Source: Ginglymostoma cirratum
Taxonomy: Eukaryota
Assembly: GCA_024137785.1 (NCBI GenBank)
Contig: JAHRHZ010000066.1
Span: forward strand, 26,405,135 to 26,469,134
DNA length: 64,000 nt
Reading direction: 5' to 3'
In this document: positions 1-11,443 of the stretch, piece after piece
Numbering within the stretch: position 1 is the first letter of the stretch
How the letters are laid out: each line of letters begins with the position of its first letter
Program-made: the position numbers and the translations under genes
Notes under the pieces: generated by a model
What the model was told of the DNA's origin: nothing
The model's database searches: none
What the model saw: the letters and a program-made list of their open reading frames with translations, nothing else

Positions 1-165
1 TAAAAATCCAATAGAGAATAACCACAGAGTTAGGACATCAGCAATATTGGTAATGAATGCCACAAGATAGTCCATTTTGCTCCCTGATCTGTTAATTTTC
101 TGGAGAACTAAGTATAAAATGTGGTTGCCAATTCCTGATATAGATCCAAGTTGCCAGTGGGTCCC
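1..165 (-). CDS. Possible partial membrane-protein frame (class A GPCR TM1-TM2-like), runs off the left edge; may be a pseudogene or chance
   Basis: Open frame 165->1 reads GTHWQLGSISGIGNHILYLVLQKINRSGSKMDYLVAFITNIADVLTLWLFSIGFL. GN..AD spacing is 29 aa. ATG at 75 sits in aaaATGG context; acceptor-like ttctccag lies just upstream (AG at 101-100). Confidence 0.25.
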
Positions 166-249
166 TTAGTACAACCGACCAATTCAAGATCCTGTGATTT
201 TGCTGCATCAAAGAGGTTTTCTCTCTTGCTATGCTATGAGGGTGATATA

Positions 250-362
250 ATAAAACAAAGAACTGTGGATACTGGAGATCTGAACGCACAAAATCGAAAA
301 CAGCATCTGTAGAGAGAAAACAGAGTTGATGTTTTGAGTCAAGTGACCCTTCTCCAAAATGA
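250..362 (-). mobile_element. Short Penelope-tail element, degraded
   Basis: aaagaactgtggatactggagatctg...cagcatctgtagagagaaaacagagttgatgttttgagtcaagtgacccttc matches the family seen about 23 times in the window. Confidence 0.75.
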
Positions 363-439
363 GGGTGATGGGAGTTATGTCTCTCTCCAAGCCCCCACCC
401 CGCCATTTTGTCTACAAGCATATGGATTTTGTAGCTGTG

Positions 440-1110
440 AATATAGTCCATTTTCAAACTCCTGATGGAATGGAAGGTGGCTTAGGTGATCACCAAGGCG
501 CATGAGTGGGCAATGGGCCAGACCTACACGGTGTACAGCAATACTAGAAGCACATCGCACGTGATGATCGAGTTCTTGCCCAAATGGAGAAGTGGTGTCA
601 CTCCCATGTGTCCAGTTTTTATTTGACCACGGCTAGTCACTCCTTCCTTTTTTTAGTACACGCCTGCGCTCATTGAATCCAACTCCCTTGCAGCTTCAGC
701 TAATCTGACTAGACAGTGAAGGGGACAATGGATCATTTGAGCCAGTTCTCAAGGAACGTGGTCTCGCTCTTGCCTTGATTTACCTTGGATCCTGAGGCCT
801 GTTCAAACTGCTCACAGATGTTCATCAGTCTGTACACTGACAGCGGACCCAAGTCCAAGACGATGACATCATTCCTGTACACGGACGCTTTGGCCTGGTG
901 CATGCACTATCTGGGATCATCATCCCTCTTATATATCAGCATCCTGAATGGAAGAAGTTGTATACAACAGCCAAAAGGATTGGGAGAGAGAGGAAAGCCA
1001 TGCCTGACTGTAGATTTGATTGGAAAACTTTCTGATTCTCATTCATTAATTGAAGCTACGTTAATAATGATTGTGCAAAGCTGTTGCACAGGTTTCGCTT
1101 GGCAACAAGA
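440..1110 (-). mobile_element. Tx1-like (L1 group) LINE RT fragment, decayed
   Basis: Minus-strand translation ESESFPIKSTVRHGFPLSP...KASVYRNDV...LSVYRLMNICEQFEQASGSKVNQGKSE...LLYTV*VWPI resembles Tx1 RT; many stops. Confidence 0.8.
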
Positions 1111-1114
1111 GAAC

Positions 1115-1720
1115 TTTTGTCTGGAAGCAGGCCGTCTAGTCCATTGGAGTCCACTTTGTCATTCAATGAGATCGTAGCTGACCCGATAATCCTCAGCTTC
1201 ATTTTTCTGCCTTTACAATCCTTGATTCCCTTACTGATTAAAAATCCGCTTACTCCAGCATTGAATGTACCTAACAACAGACTTTACAGTCGTCTGTCGT
1301 GAAGACTTCCACAGATACACTATCTCTATGATAATACTTCCTCCTCAGCTCTGCCTTAATTGTGTGGCGCCTTATTCTGAGATTATGCCCTCTGATCCTA
1401 GACTCTCCCACAAGGGGAAACCATACCTCTGCAATTAATCTGTCAGGTTCCCTAAGAATCTTGTTTGCTTCAATAAGGTCTCCTCTCATTCTTCTAAACT
1501 GCAGTGAGTATTGATCCAATGTACTCAACCACTTTTCTAAGGAAAAGTCCCATCATTCCCGGGATCAGCATAGTGAACTCTGGACTGCCTCCGATGCCAA
1601 TATATTTTTCCTTCGTGAAGGACACCAAAATTATTCACGGTGTTCCAGCTGCGGTCTGACTATTGCCTAATATAGTTCTAACAAAGCCTCCCTAACTTTA
1701 TAATCCATTCCCATTGAATT
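1115..1720 (-). mobile_element. CR1 LINE 3' end
   Basis: ORF 1271-1528 RRMRGDLIEANKILR..FPLVGESRIRGHNLRIR is the CR1 ORF2 C-terminus; CR1 3' UTR gatctcattgaatg follows. Confidence 0.9.
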
Positions 1721-1821
1721 CTCCACTTATTAAAAAAATACAAGTTATTACGATTAACAATTAATCACAACTCAAAAGCAGCCAAACTGAGACAGTGAAT
1801 ATGGCTAACTTTATTTAGCTC

Positions 1822-2220
1822 TACTCTTGGCTCAGGTAGTAGAACTCTCACGTCCGAGTCAAAAGGTTGTAAGGTCAAGACAGGTCTTGGGAAATTCAGC
1901 CCAAAATTTCGGCTGGCACTAATTGCGTGGATGAGGGAGAACTGAACTCCCTCGGAGACGCTGTCCTGTAAATGAGACGGCGGGTGAAATCTGGAGCGAC
2001 TATGTGAGGAACCTTGGAGTCCTTTGTCAATAATTAGACCTCAACAAAAACCAGTAAAACGGATGTTCAGATTATTTATTTTTACTGCTGTTTGTGGAAA
2101 CTTGCTGTGTGCAAATCGTGTTTCTTATAACGTTGACTCATACTGCAAAAATATTTGATGGGTTGTAAAGTGCTGTCGGACGCCGGGGGCTTTGAAAGTG
2201 CTATCTCAATGCAATGTTTT
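1822..2220 (+). mobile_element. SacSINE1/Deu-domain-like tRNA SINE, old, CpGs retained
   Basis: tRNA-like head tggctcaggtagtag; body tgagggag..ctg..ggagacgctgtc..aatgagacg; tail ctgctgtttgtggaaacttgctgtgtgcaaat..gaaagtgctat..aatgca. Confidence 0.75.
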
Positions 2221-2268
2221 ATTTTTAAATTGCATCTAACATATTAATTTACCAACAGTAATTTTCTT

Positions 2269-2375
2269 CCAACAGGTCTGAAGAAGGGTCACTAGACCCA
2301 ATCGTAACTCTGTTTTTTCGGCGCAGACGCTGCCAAACCTGCTGAGTTTTTCCAGCAATTTCTGTTTTTTGTTTT
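2269..2375 (+). mobile_element. Short Penelope-tail element, hammerhead core degraded
   Basis: ctgaagaagggtcactagacccaatcg; flanking taattttctt at 2259-2268 and 2376-2385. Confidence 0.8.
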
Positions 2376-2499
2376 TAATTTTCTTTCTGTCTCACATATA
2401 GAATTGATTTTTTTGCTTACTTCGTTACTAAGCGATTTTAAATACTTTTGTGTTGTCGATTATAACTTTTCTAATTACAAGCACGGAGTTACATTTACT

Positions 2500-4330
2500 T
2501 AGCGCCTTAAGGAATCTCCCAGAAACGACACAGTATTTCATTGATTAGAAAAGTTCCATGGAATTTCTTAGGATTGATCTTGTAGGCACGAGAATCAACC
2601 ATGTTCTTGAATAAAGACATTAATTTTGCTGCTGCCTGGTCTCCAACGCGATTATTTATCAGTCAGTTGGCAGTTGTATGAATGCAGTTTCAATTGTGTC
2701 AATGGGAGGGGGAGGAGCCATAGGAATTCGCTGTTCAACTTTTTCATTCCGGGTCTCCATGCAGCACCGCAACGTGCCAGCTGAAGTTACGGCGTGGTGT
2801 GTATCACAGTAGAAACTCTCGCACCATCATTTCTACTTCAGAACAACAGGTGGACGCTGTGGTTACGCCGTTCCTATGGCGCAAGTTTTCAACAAATGTG
2901 GGCAAGAAATGTTCCTTCTCCTCTATTCATGCAATTATTTGTTGATGCAGTTAGTCCAGCTCATCCTTTAATTGAATGGAGATCAGATTGGAATGTTAGA
3001 GGTCTTAACTTCACTGTGTTCGTTTATTCAACGAGCGAAAAAGCCTTCACACTGCCACAAGTAACCAGAAGGCAATGATTGGATGATACGAAGACGGTGA
3101 GTGCTTCACAATGTGTTTAAACTAAAACAGACTAGCAGTGCTGAGTCACCAGAAAGGAACTAAAAGGTTGTTGTTTCTGCAGTTTCCTCACTTCCTCCAA
3201 GGGACATGTTCTTGATTAAAGCGGGACATATTGTAATCTGTTCTGTTTTATATTGTGTTAAGAAATCTGAAAGGGAGATAATTCACTCTACAGAGACAGC
3301 TGAAATTTACGAGTTGGACATCTAATCCCGCAATGCTAGCAGTTTGGAAATACTAATTCATTGCCACGTGGAGGATGGATGCTCTGGAGACACTGGGACT
3401 GAGCGGTTCAGGCTCAGAGAATGGAAATAGGAACATCGCAGTAATTCGAGTGAAAGAGATGTGACTCTGGGAAAGGACGTAACTTGCAACTCATTTCAGA
3501 ACTTCCCAAAGGTGTCTCCAGCCAGCGGGTAATTACTGAAGTGTAGCTTCTGATGTAACAAAACGGGGCAGTTAGGCTTGAGCACAGCAAGCTCCCAGGG
3601 ACATCGATGTGACAACGAGGGGCTAATCTATTCTTTGCTGTATTATTTGAGAAGTAAATCCTGGTCGGCATCGGGGGGATCTCGCCTGCTTTTCTAAGCA
3701 GCGCCGTGAGATCAGTTGAAGGTTGACGGCGACAGGGCAAAGCCAGACTTTGAAGTGACAACGTTTGGGCAACATACATACAAACTGGTTTTAACAAGGA
3801 AATTTTTCCAATCAGTGAAGTGAATTTGAAGTTAGGATCTCCTCTCCACTCCAGTATCAGCCGCTTCTGGTAAGATCCAATATCCCGCCCTCATTCCGAA
3901 GGAAACGTTCATATCGTTTGATGTTAAACTGACGAACTCACACTGGGAATCATGGATGTGGATCTTTACCTGCTCACAAGAACATTCCTCCAATATCTGA
4001 GTTTTAAGTATCCCTTTGTCAGGAGAAGGCTGTCCATTTTCCTCCGAGCAGTCTGAATCTTGTTCATAGGCTTTCTGAGGTGTTTCTTACCATCTCGTGA
4101 TCTCCCGAAGAACAACGGAGAGATAGTAATCTTTATCTTAATTCACGGCAGCTGAATATTAACGAACCAAGTATCTCGCTGTGTAAACCCGCGGTTACCT
4201 GGCAAAGCAGTATAAAGTGATTATAGATTATGCTGAGCAATAATGCTTCATCATTTGCTATTCGGCAGCCGACCATTCAGTCTCGCATCCTTCATCGGTG
4301 TATCCCTGGCACCATCCCTGAACAGTACAG
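2500..4330. promoter_or_regulatory. CpG-retaining promoter-like region with candidate first-exon splice donors
   Basis: CpGs visibly more frequent than in the bulk of the window; + donor ACG|gtgagt at 3096/3097; - donors at 4199, 4091 and 3970. Confidence 0.45.
3480..3760 (-). mobile_element. SacSINE1/Deu-like SINE
   Basis: Reverse complement of the SINE tail (cacagcaagctccc..gatgtgacaa) and body. Confidence 0.7.
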
Positions 4331-4336
4331 CTTTAA

Positions 4337-4441
4337 CAAAACCGGAAATTGCTGGAACAGCACAGCAGGTCTGGCAGCATTTGTGGAGAGAAATCAAGAG
4401 TTGAGGTTTTGGTTCAAGTGACCCTTCCTCAGAACTGAGTT
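4337..4441 (-). mobile_element. Short Penelope-tail element
   Basis: gaaattgctggaac..cagcaggtctggcagca..gtgacccttcctcagaac; 9-bp TSD cagctttaa at 4328-4336 and 4442-4450. Confidence 0.85.
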
Positions 4442-4633
4442 CAGCTTTAATTTCTTTTGGTTATACCCCCCTCCCCCCTTTCCAGATTCCAGTAGAGAAA
4501 CTTGATGTTCTGTATCTACATTATTAAATCCTTTAATAATTTCAGCATCTCAATTAATCTATTCCTTAAACTTCAGCAATCAAATCAGAAGTGATTGATA
4601 AATTGGATCAAACCTCTAGGTTAATAGTTTGGG

Positions 4634-4779
4634 AGAGATAGTAGGAACTGCTGATGCTGGAGAATCTGAGATAACACGGTGTAGAGCTGGATGAACACAG
4701 CAGGCCAAGCAACATCAGAGGAGCAGGAAAGCTAACGCTGCGGGTCGAGACCCTTCTTCAGCTCTACCCTGTGTTTCCT
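4634..4779 (-). mobile_element. Short Penelope-tail element (second subfamily) with hammerhead remnant
   Basis: Minus strand ctgaagaagggtctcgacccgcagcg (GAAA mutated); 13-bp TSD ttaatagtttggg at 4621-4633 and 4780-4792. Confidence 0.85.
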
Positions 4780-5009
4780 TTAATAGTTTGGGGATGTTCC
4801 GGCCTTCTATCTTGTCCATTGAGCACAGGCCAAGTCTATTGGCTAATTTTACAGCCATCTTCTAAATTACAGATCTAATTTGAGCAGCAAATATGAAAAT
4901 ATCCTGATATTGCGGTATAAGTTTGATGCATCAAACTAAGAACTGCCCTAATCCAACCTCACACAAGACAAACTGCGGAAGAACACATTATAGAACTTTG
5001 ATTTAATGT

Positions 5010-6195
5010 TTCATCAATTAATTGGAATTCTTTGAGGAAATACTACATGCTGTGGATTAAGGGAACCACTCTTTGTACAATACTTCAATTTCCAGAGACA
5101 TTTGATAAGGTGCCACATCAACAGTTATTGTGGAAAATAAAAGGTCATGCTGCAGGGTGTGACATGTTAGCATGGTTAGAAGATTGACTGGCTAACAGGA
5201 AACAGATTTTCCGGTTGGCAAGATGTAACAAGTGGTGTGCCACAAAGATTAATGCAGGGGCCTCAACATTTTACAATCATAAAAAAGATGTGGATGAAAG
5301 AAGTGAAGGTATGGTTGCTATATTTTCGGATGATGCAAAGATCAGCCAGAAAGGAGGTTGTGACAAATGACATAAGGAAGCTACAAAGGGATATGGATAT
5401 GTGAATGGGCAATGATCTAGCAAATGGAACGTAATATAGGAAAATTTTATATTGTCCATTTTGGCAGAAAGAATGAAACGGAGTATATTATCGAAATGGG
5501 GAGAGATTGCCAAGCTCTGAGGTGCAGAGGGATCTGGGTTTCCTAGTGCACAAATCACAAAAGGTTAGTATAGAGATACAACAAATGACTGAGAAAGCTA
5601 ATAAAATGTAATAATTTATGGCAAATAAAACTAGATACAAAAGTTGGGAGATTATGCTTCAGTTACACAGGATACTGGTGAAATCACACAGAGTATTGTT
5701 CATCATATTGGTCTCCTTATTTAAGGAAGGATGTAAATGCTCTGAAATAGGTTTCCTCGAGGATTACTAGACCAACACCTGGAATGGGAAAGTTGTCTTG
5801 TGAGATAGATTGGATAGGAAGCTTGGTATGCTGCAGTTCAGAAGAGTTTGTAGTAACTTGTTTATGGCATATAAGATTCTGTGTGAATGTGAAGAGGATG
5901 TTTCTTCTTGTGGGAGAATCTAGAACTATGGGTGAAAGTTTGAAAATATCTATGCAAGGCAGATATGAGAAGAGTTTCTTTCTGAGACAGTCAAGAGAAC
6001 TCTCATCCTTAAAAGACAGTGGAAGCAGAATCTTTGAATATCTTTAAGGCAGGGTTAAATAGATTCTTGGTGAGCACTGGATGAAAAGATATCTTGGATA
6101 GAAGGGAATATGGAGTACTCAGATCAGCTACTGTCTTATTGAAAAGTGGAACAGGCTTGAGGTGTCAAGTGGTCTACTCCTGCTCCTAATCTATA
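5010..6195 (+). mobile_element. CR1 LINE RT and 3' end, decayed
   Basis: FQRxFDKVPH, SGVPQ and FSDD-like motifs with frameshifts; CR1 3' UTR near 6120-6195. Confidence 0.9.
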
Positions 6196-6869
6196 TGATT
6201 GTATGGGCTGGCTTGTTAAAAGCTGAGATTCACACATGGACCACAGGCCACTTTGGACCCTTCTTACTTGTCATCTTGTCAAAATATTATTGTTCACTGT
6301 CACTATTTGAAATTATTTTTGAAGTCCAATTAAAGAAAAAAATGTCTTAAACAACATGAATATAACGCAACACACTATCTCACAGTAGCTTTCGGGAGCA
6401 TTTGATCATCAACTCCATAAACATAAAGTTAATCCATTTGGTTTCTGTGCTTTTGATAAATTGATTAATGAGGTGTATGAAAACACAATAATGGTAAAAG
6501 GTTAGAACATACATACAGTAGTGGAAAACAGCTGGTGTTTTAAGCTGCAAGTTACCAAAATTAATGTTGTTTTATATTGTACCACATTCCCTCCTTTGCA
6601 AAGGACAGGTTAGAGGGAACTTTGTACTACCTAACCAAAAGCAAAGCAGTTGGTCACAAGTCAGCATAGGTGATTAGCCTGGGATTACTCCTTTCCTTAT
6701 AGGATCATTTACGTTAATCTAATATTTACAGCATATGACATGGCAGAGACTGAAACTGGATGCCCGAGGCATCGCCAAACTCTTTGAAATTTTTGATTAT
6801 TTATATTTTCTTCCTATTTTAAAGAATATTTTCCTTTCAATGGTACTCCAAAACACGTATACTGCTTTG

Positions 6870-6990
6870 GAGACAGTAAGGACTGCAGATTCTGGAAGCT
6901 GGAGTCAATAAATGTGGAGCTGGAAAAGCACAGCAGATCAGATAGCATCCAAGGAGCAGGGAAGTCAATGTTTTGGGCCAAAACCCGAGT
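6870..6990 (-). mobile_element. Short Penelope-tail element
   Basis: gagacagtaaggactgcagat..tgtggagctggaaaagcacagcag..ggagcagggaagtcaatgttttggg. Confidence 0.75.
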
Positions 6991-7024
6991 GGGTTTGTTT
7001 TGAATTTACATTACAACAGTGACA

Positions 7025-7345
7025 CACCATAAGAAATAGGAGCACAAATAGACAATACAGCTCTGCTCTGCCAATCAATCTGATAATGGCTGAGCTTGGG
7101 CTTCAATTTCATTTTCCTGCCTGCTTTCCATATTCCACAAACCACTGAAGGAATGGAAGTCTGTCTATCCTGGTGTTAAATGCAGTCAGTGATGGTGCAT
7201 CCTCAGTCCTCTGGGGTAGAGAATTCCAAAGAATCACAATTGTTTTCATAAAGAAATATCCTCTCATCTCAGTCCATGCTGAGACTAATTCCTCAGCCAC
7301 TAGAAACAACCTTTATGGCTACCTTATCAATATCTTTCATAACCT
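7025..7345 (-). mobile_element. CR1 3' fragment
   Basis: ORF 7109-7309 TEMRGYFF..VILWNSLPQ. Confidence 0.85.
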
Positions 7346-7420
7346 TCAAAGTGCATCATTGACTGTAATGTGGATTATGACAGCAAAAGGTCATGAAAAG
7401 CATTATGTAAGTAAATACAG

Positions 7421-7477
7421 AGATAGCAAAGTGTGGAGCTGAAGGAACACAGCAGGCCAGACAGCTCTTGCTATCTC
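7421..7477. mobile_element. 57-bp foldback Penelope-tail insertion
   Basis: 17-bp TSD tatgtaagtaaatacag at 7404-7420 and 7478-7494; ends agatagcaa...ttgctatct are inverted. Confidence 0.85.
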
Positions 7478-7839
7478 TATGTAAGTAAATACAGTCTTTC
7501 TTTCTGTAACAGATATGAATAACTTATTTTAAGACAGTTGTCAAAATATTCTCTTGAATTATCAAAGTTCATAACAACCTATTTCTGTTATGCACATTAT
7601 TTATGCATTATCCTCTCTTCAGAGATAGCTGGATAAAATCTAAGACTGAATAGATTAGACCAAGAATGAAGACAAAAGAAGGATGAACTTATTAATTCTA
7701 TGTTTTGTTTTATGTTAGAGTCAGTTAGTTTCCCAAGGAAGAATCCAACAGAAATAGCACACACAGTTTTGCCCACAGTATTAATAGCATAGCTAAGTTG
7801 AGTGATTTACAGTGCATGAAGCTAAAAGACTATACAAGA

Positions 7840-8955
7840 TCAACACCCCATTGATTTCAAGGCAATGTTTATTACCAAGTATGGCAAAAAGATCCCTGAG
7901 CAAAACTGAACAATAGGGATCAAAGAGAAAAGCCTTCAGTGGCCATAGTCATACCTGATGAAACGAAAGTTGATTGTGATTTTTGGAGATTTGTCATCAC
8001 AGACCAGGATATCAACTTGTGAACTCCTCAGGTAGGAATCTTCAACCTGACCACTATCAGTTTCATTGTTAATGATCTTCCCTCTGCCAATGAGTCAAGA
8101 ATAGTGTTGTTTGCTGATGATTCCACAACGTTCAGATCCATGTATTGTGGTATCCTTTGGTATTGTGCAGCATCCAAACATGAGCTGACAAGTGACAGGG
8201 ACTATTGGCACCATGTAATTACCAGCTAAAAACCATTGTAACAAAATAAAAATGGAAAGAACTGTGGATGCTGTAAATCAGGAACAAAAACAGAAATTGC
8301 TGGAAACAAAATAAGCGCATTTATAACAAAAATAGAAATTTCTGGAAAAGTGAAACAAATCTGGCAGTATCTGTGGTGAGAAATCAGAGTTAATATTTTG
8401 GGTCAATAGATCCTTCCTCAGAACTCAGTTCACTTGTGTTGCTTTGACTTTCAATGGGACCTTCATTGTCACCATGACCCTGACCATTAATACACCTATA
8501 CAGCACCATCGAGCAGAAGTTGAACTGAATTCATATCAATGGTGCAGCCTCAAGAGGAAGTACTTCTTCAAACAAAGAGTTGTCAACATCTGGAACTTTT
8601 TGACAAATGGCAGTGAATGCTGCATCAGTTGTTAATTTTAAATCTGTGATAGCCAAATTTTTATTAAGCGAAGGTGTTAGGGGATATGGGGCAAAGGTAA
8701 CAATATGGAATTAGGCTACAGATTGGCCATTATCTCATTGAATGGCAGAACAGGCTGTAGGCGATGAATGGCCTACTGCTGTTCTTATGTAAGAACAGAC
8801 TGGCTAACTTCAGGACACTCCCTAACTCCTCCATTGCCTACAGGGCTTTAAGTGTGAATTGTGTTGGAGTATTCATCTGAATACTACCAACTCAAGAAGG
8901 TCAACATCACCCAGATTGGAGCAGTTTATTAATTCACTGGACTCAATGTCCACCC
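7840..8955 (+). mobile_element. Jockey-group (CR1/L2-related) LINE RT fragment with nested Penelope-tail (about 8240-8430) and CR1 tail (about 8550-8790)
   Basis: FIVNDLPS..VLFADD motif near 8060-8125; appears to be the same family as 18380-19010 and 33740-34507. Confidence 0.7.
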
Positions 8956-8957
8956 CT

Positions 8958-9310
8958 TGTGACAATACTATAGCTTCAAGAGATATATTTTACCCCCTTT
9001 TTAGGAAGAAACGTTGAGACAGATATATGGAGTGGTCTGCTCAAAAAACAGCTTGTGGAAGCTTTGTAATAACACTGTGGAGCTGGATGAACACAGCAGG
9101 CCAGGCAGCATCAGAGGAGCAGGAAAGCTGTCGTTTCGGGTAGGGAACTTTGTTTTTTTTTTCAAATTGGAACGGTGGAAACAGCTTTAGTGATGAGGTC
9201 AAGCTCCCACAGAACCAGAATTTTTAGTTTCAGCTTTCTGCAGTTGCTGGGTCTTGAAGCTGGATGTGGAAGCTCTTGTTTTTATTCTGTTACAGCTAAA
9301 AGCTGGGACA
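8958..9310 (+). mobile_element. LTR 5' fragment interrupted by a Penelope-tail element (about 9068-9148)
   Basis: Starts tgtgacaatactatagc; ctttgt occurs on both sides of the inserted element. Confidence 0.5.
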
Positions 9311-9319
9311 ACGCCCTGT

Positions 9320-11200
9320 TCTCGTCGCAAATAGTTATATTTCGGCATGGTCATACCACGTGAGCGGCCAGAGAACCCTGAGATGAACCGACAGGCAACT
9401 CCTTGACTAGTGCAGCGTTCCTTCACTATGCTACTGAAGCGGCCGTTTAGAGTTGATGCTTAAATCTCGGGCATGGGATTTGTCCCCCCAATCCAAGATA
9501 GGGCCAACTGCGCCAGATTGGCAGCTTCCGGGAAGGAGTGCGGGAGAAGGGCTTGGCTCCTCCCGTTTGTGTTGGGTTTTGTTTGGAGGTTTACCGTGTG
9601 GTTCACTCCAGGGCGTGGGCTATGTGTCCAGGGCATGGGGTTAACACAACACGCAGAGAGAAAAGAAACAGTGCAAATCCAAATAACTGACCAATCTCTC
9701 AGTACAGCCAAGCCCACGGAACAATCATTGGTCTGATTCAGGAAGAGGATAAATGATGGGATTGATAGTCTGAAGAGGTTTTAGGTCTTCCAAGTAACCA
9801 GATTGAATAAAATCCAACTACACTGAAATCGAACTCCCGGGTAGAATTACAGAGCACAAAACATCAGTTGAGCGTGGCCTGTGAAACCTATGCAGGACTA
9901 GCCACAAGCCGAGAGCAGGCCAGGAGCTTTGACCTGCTCTGGCAGGTTGGGAAAACTGCTGAGTTTCACCAGCAATTTCTGTTTCTGTTTCAGATCTCCA
10001 GCATTCGCAGTTCATGGTTTGATTTGACAAGGTTTCAGCAATGAGTTGACATGAGAATATAAGCTCAGCTCTCCGGTTTTAACTAAGGCTCATTTTTTTC
10101 AAAAAATCAAAAATCCACCGTACCTATAGTTACTGTTCGCGCCAACTTTAAATAGATAATCTATCAATTCTTTGATAACATTTTCACTTATGCCACGTTT
10201 TATGTTGTCCCCTAATTTACCCCCTTGGATGTCTCCAGGTGAGGACTTTAAAAGAGAAATTACACAATGCCGCGTTCCCTCAGCGTCCAGAAAGAGACAG
10301 TCAGTTCAGAGGAAGGGTCGCTCGATCCGAAACATTAGCTCTGATTTCTCTCCAAAGATGCTGCCAGACCTGCTGAGTTTTTCCAGCAATTTCTGTTTCT
10401 GTTTCAGATTTCCAGCATGCGCAGTTCTTTCGGATTTATTGAGAGACATGCTTGGGTTTGGTTCTGAAGAAAAATCATGTTGAACGGGAAAAGTTAACTC
10501 TGCTTCTCTAAGACCTGCTGGGCTTCTGCAACACTTCCTGGTTTTATTTTAATGACAGCCTTGGTTTGACCTTGCAGTTATGCCTGGCCTGGGGTGGGGG
10601 GGGGAGGTTAGAGAGAAGAGGAATCAGGCCGGAGGACACTCGGTGTCACACATGGACCCTGAATGTTGGGAGACTTGTGTCCGTTATCCTAGTTGACAAC
10701 GGGCATCATCTGAGTGTTTCCCTTTTCACCCGAGAATGAAAGGTGTCCAAGAGGGAAACACCATTTTACGGAGATAAAGCGGTGCCATTGGACGGGCAGA
10801 TTAATCGCCAATCTTTAATTACAAGGTAACCGGCTCCAACAGTGGGAGATTCCCCGTATGTTTTCAAAATTGCTACTTCTGCAACCCCTCCAGCCCCAAA
10901 GTCTCGCCTCCACTGAATCTACACCACTGACTGCACCCAACCCGCCCCGCTCCTTGGTGCCATTATGGTCCTGTTTTCTGAAATTTCCTCCCTCTCCCTT
11001 TCCGTCTCTCCCATCCTGACAAAAACTCATTCTCCACTTGCTGTCTGCTGTTCAGAATCCCCGCTCATCAGGGCGCGCTGTCACGTAATATGTTTGCAAG
11101 TAAAGGCGGACTTGCTGTGGTGTTCTTGTCGGTTAAGGCAGATGGTTTCCTTATGTTACAGATACGATATATAACTTCACTGTTAAATTGGAACCGTGTG
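9320..11200. promoter_or_regulatory. Second CpG-retaining regulatory-like region
   Basis: E-box CACGTG 9357-9362; reverse CCAAT 9517-9521; GAS TTCCGGGAA 9526-9534; GC box gggcgtggg 9611-9619; NF-kB-like gggagattcc 10844-10853. Confidence 0.4.
10301..10550 (+). mobile_element. Two tandem Penelope-tail elements with degraded hammerhead cores
   Basis: gttcagaggaagggtcgctcgatccgaaacatt.. followed by gttctgaagaaaaatcatgttgaacgggaaaagttaac. Confidence 0.8.
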
Positions 11201-11240
11201 CCTTGAAAACACGACTTCTAGTTATTATGAAGAAAAATAT

Positions 11241-11335
11241 TTCTGAAGAAGGGTCTAGGCCCGAAACGTCAGCCTTCCTGCTCCTCTGATGCTGCTTGGC
11301 CTGCTGTGTTCATCCAGCTCTACACCTTGTTATCT
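11241..11335 (+). ncRNA. Minimal hammerhead ribozyme motif in a Penelope-tail element
   Basis: CTGAAGA (11243-11249), stem II agggtctaggccc, GAAAC (11263-11267), GTC. Confidence 0.7.
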
Positions 11336-11443
11336 ATGACAACAAACGTTTTGTGTTTGGTCAAGGGTCTATGGGGAATATAAATTTCAGCCTCCAGGTT
11401 TCAGAGCTGGAGCTTAGTTCAGTGACTGTTCAAAGATTTTGTT

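Noticed and set aside
785-943. Apparent minus-strand exon with good acceptor and donor
   Set aside because: Translation is Tx1 LINE RT continuing past both sites
3970-4067. MNKIQTARRKMDSLLL frame recalling the AID N-terminus MDSLL
   Set aside because: Similarity stops after five residues; no deaminase motifs follow
9365-9520. Pol III-like ncRNA with A/B boxes on the minus strand
   Set aside because: Better explained as a degraded SacSINE1-like head and body; no cloverleaf or T-run terminator
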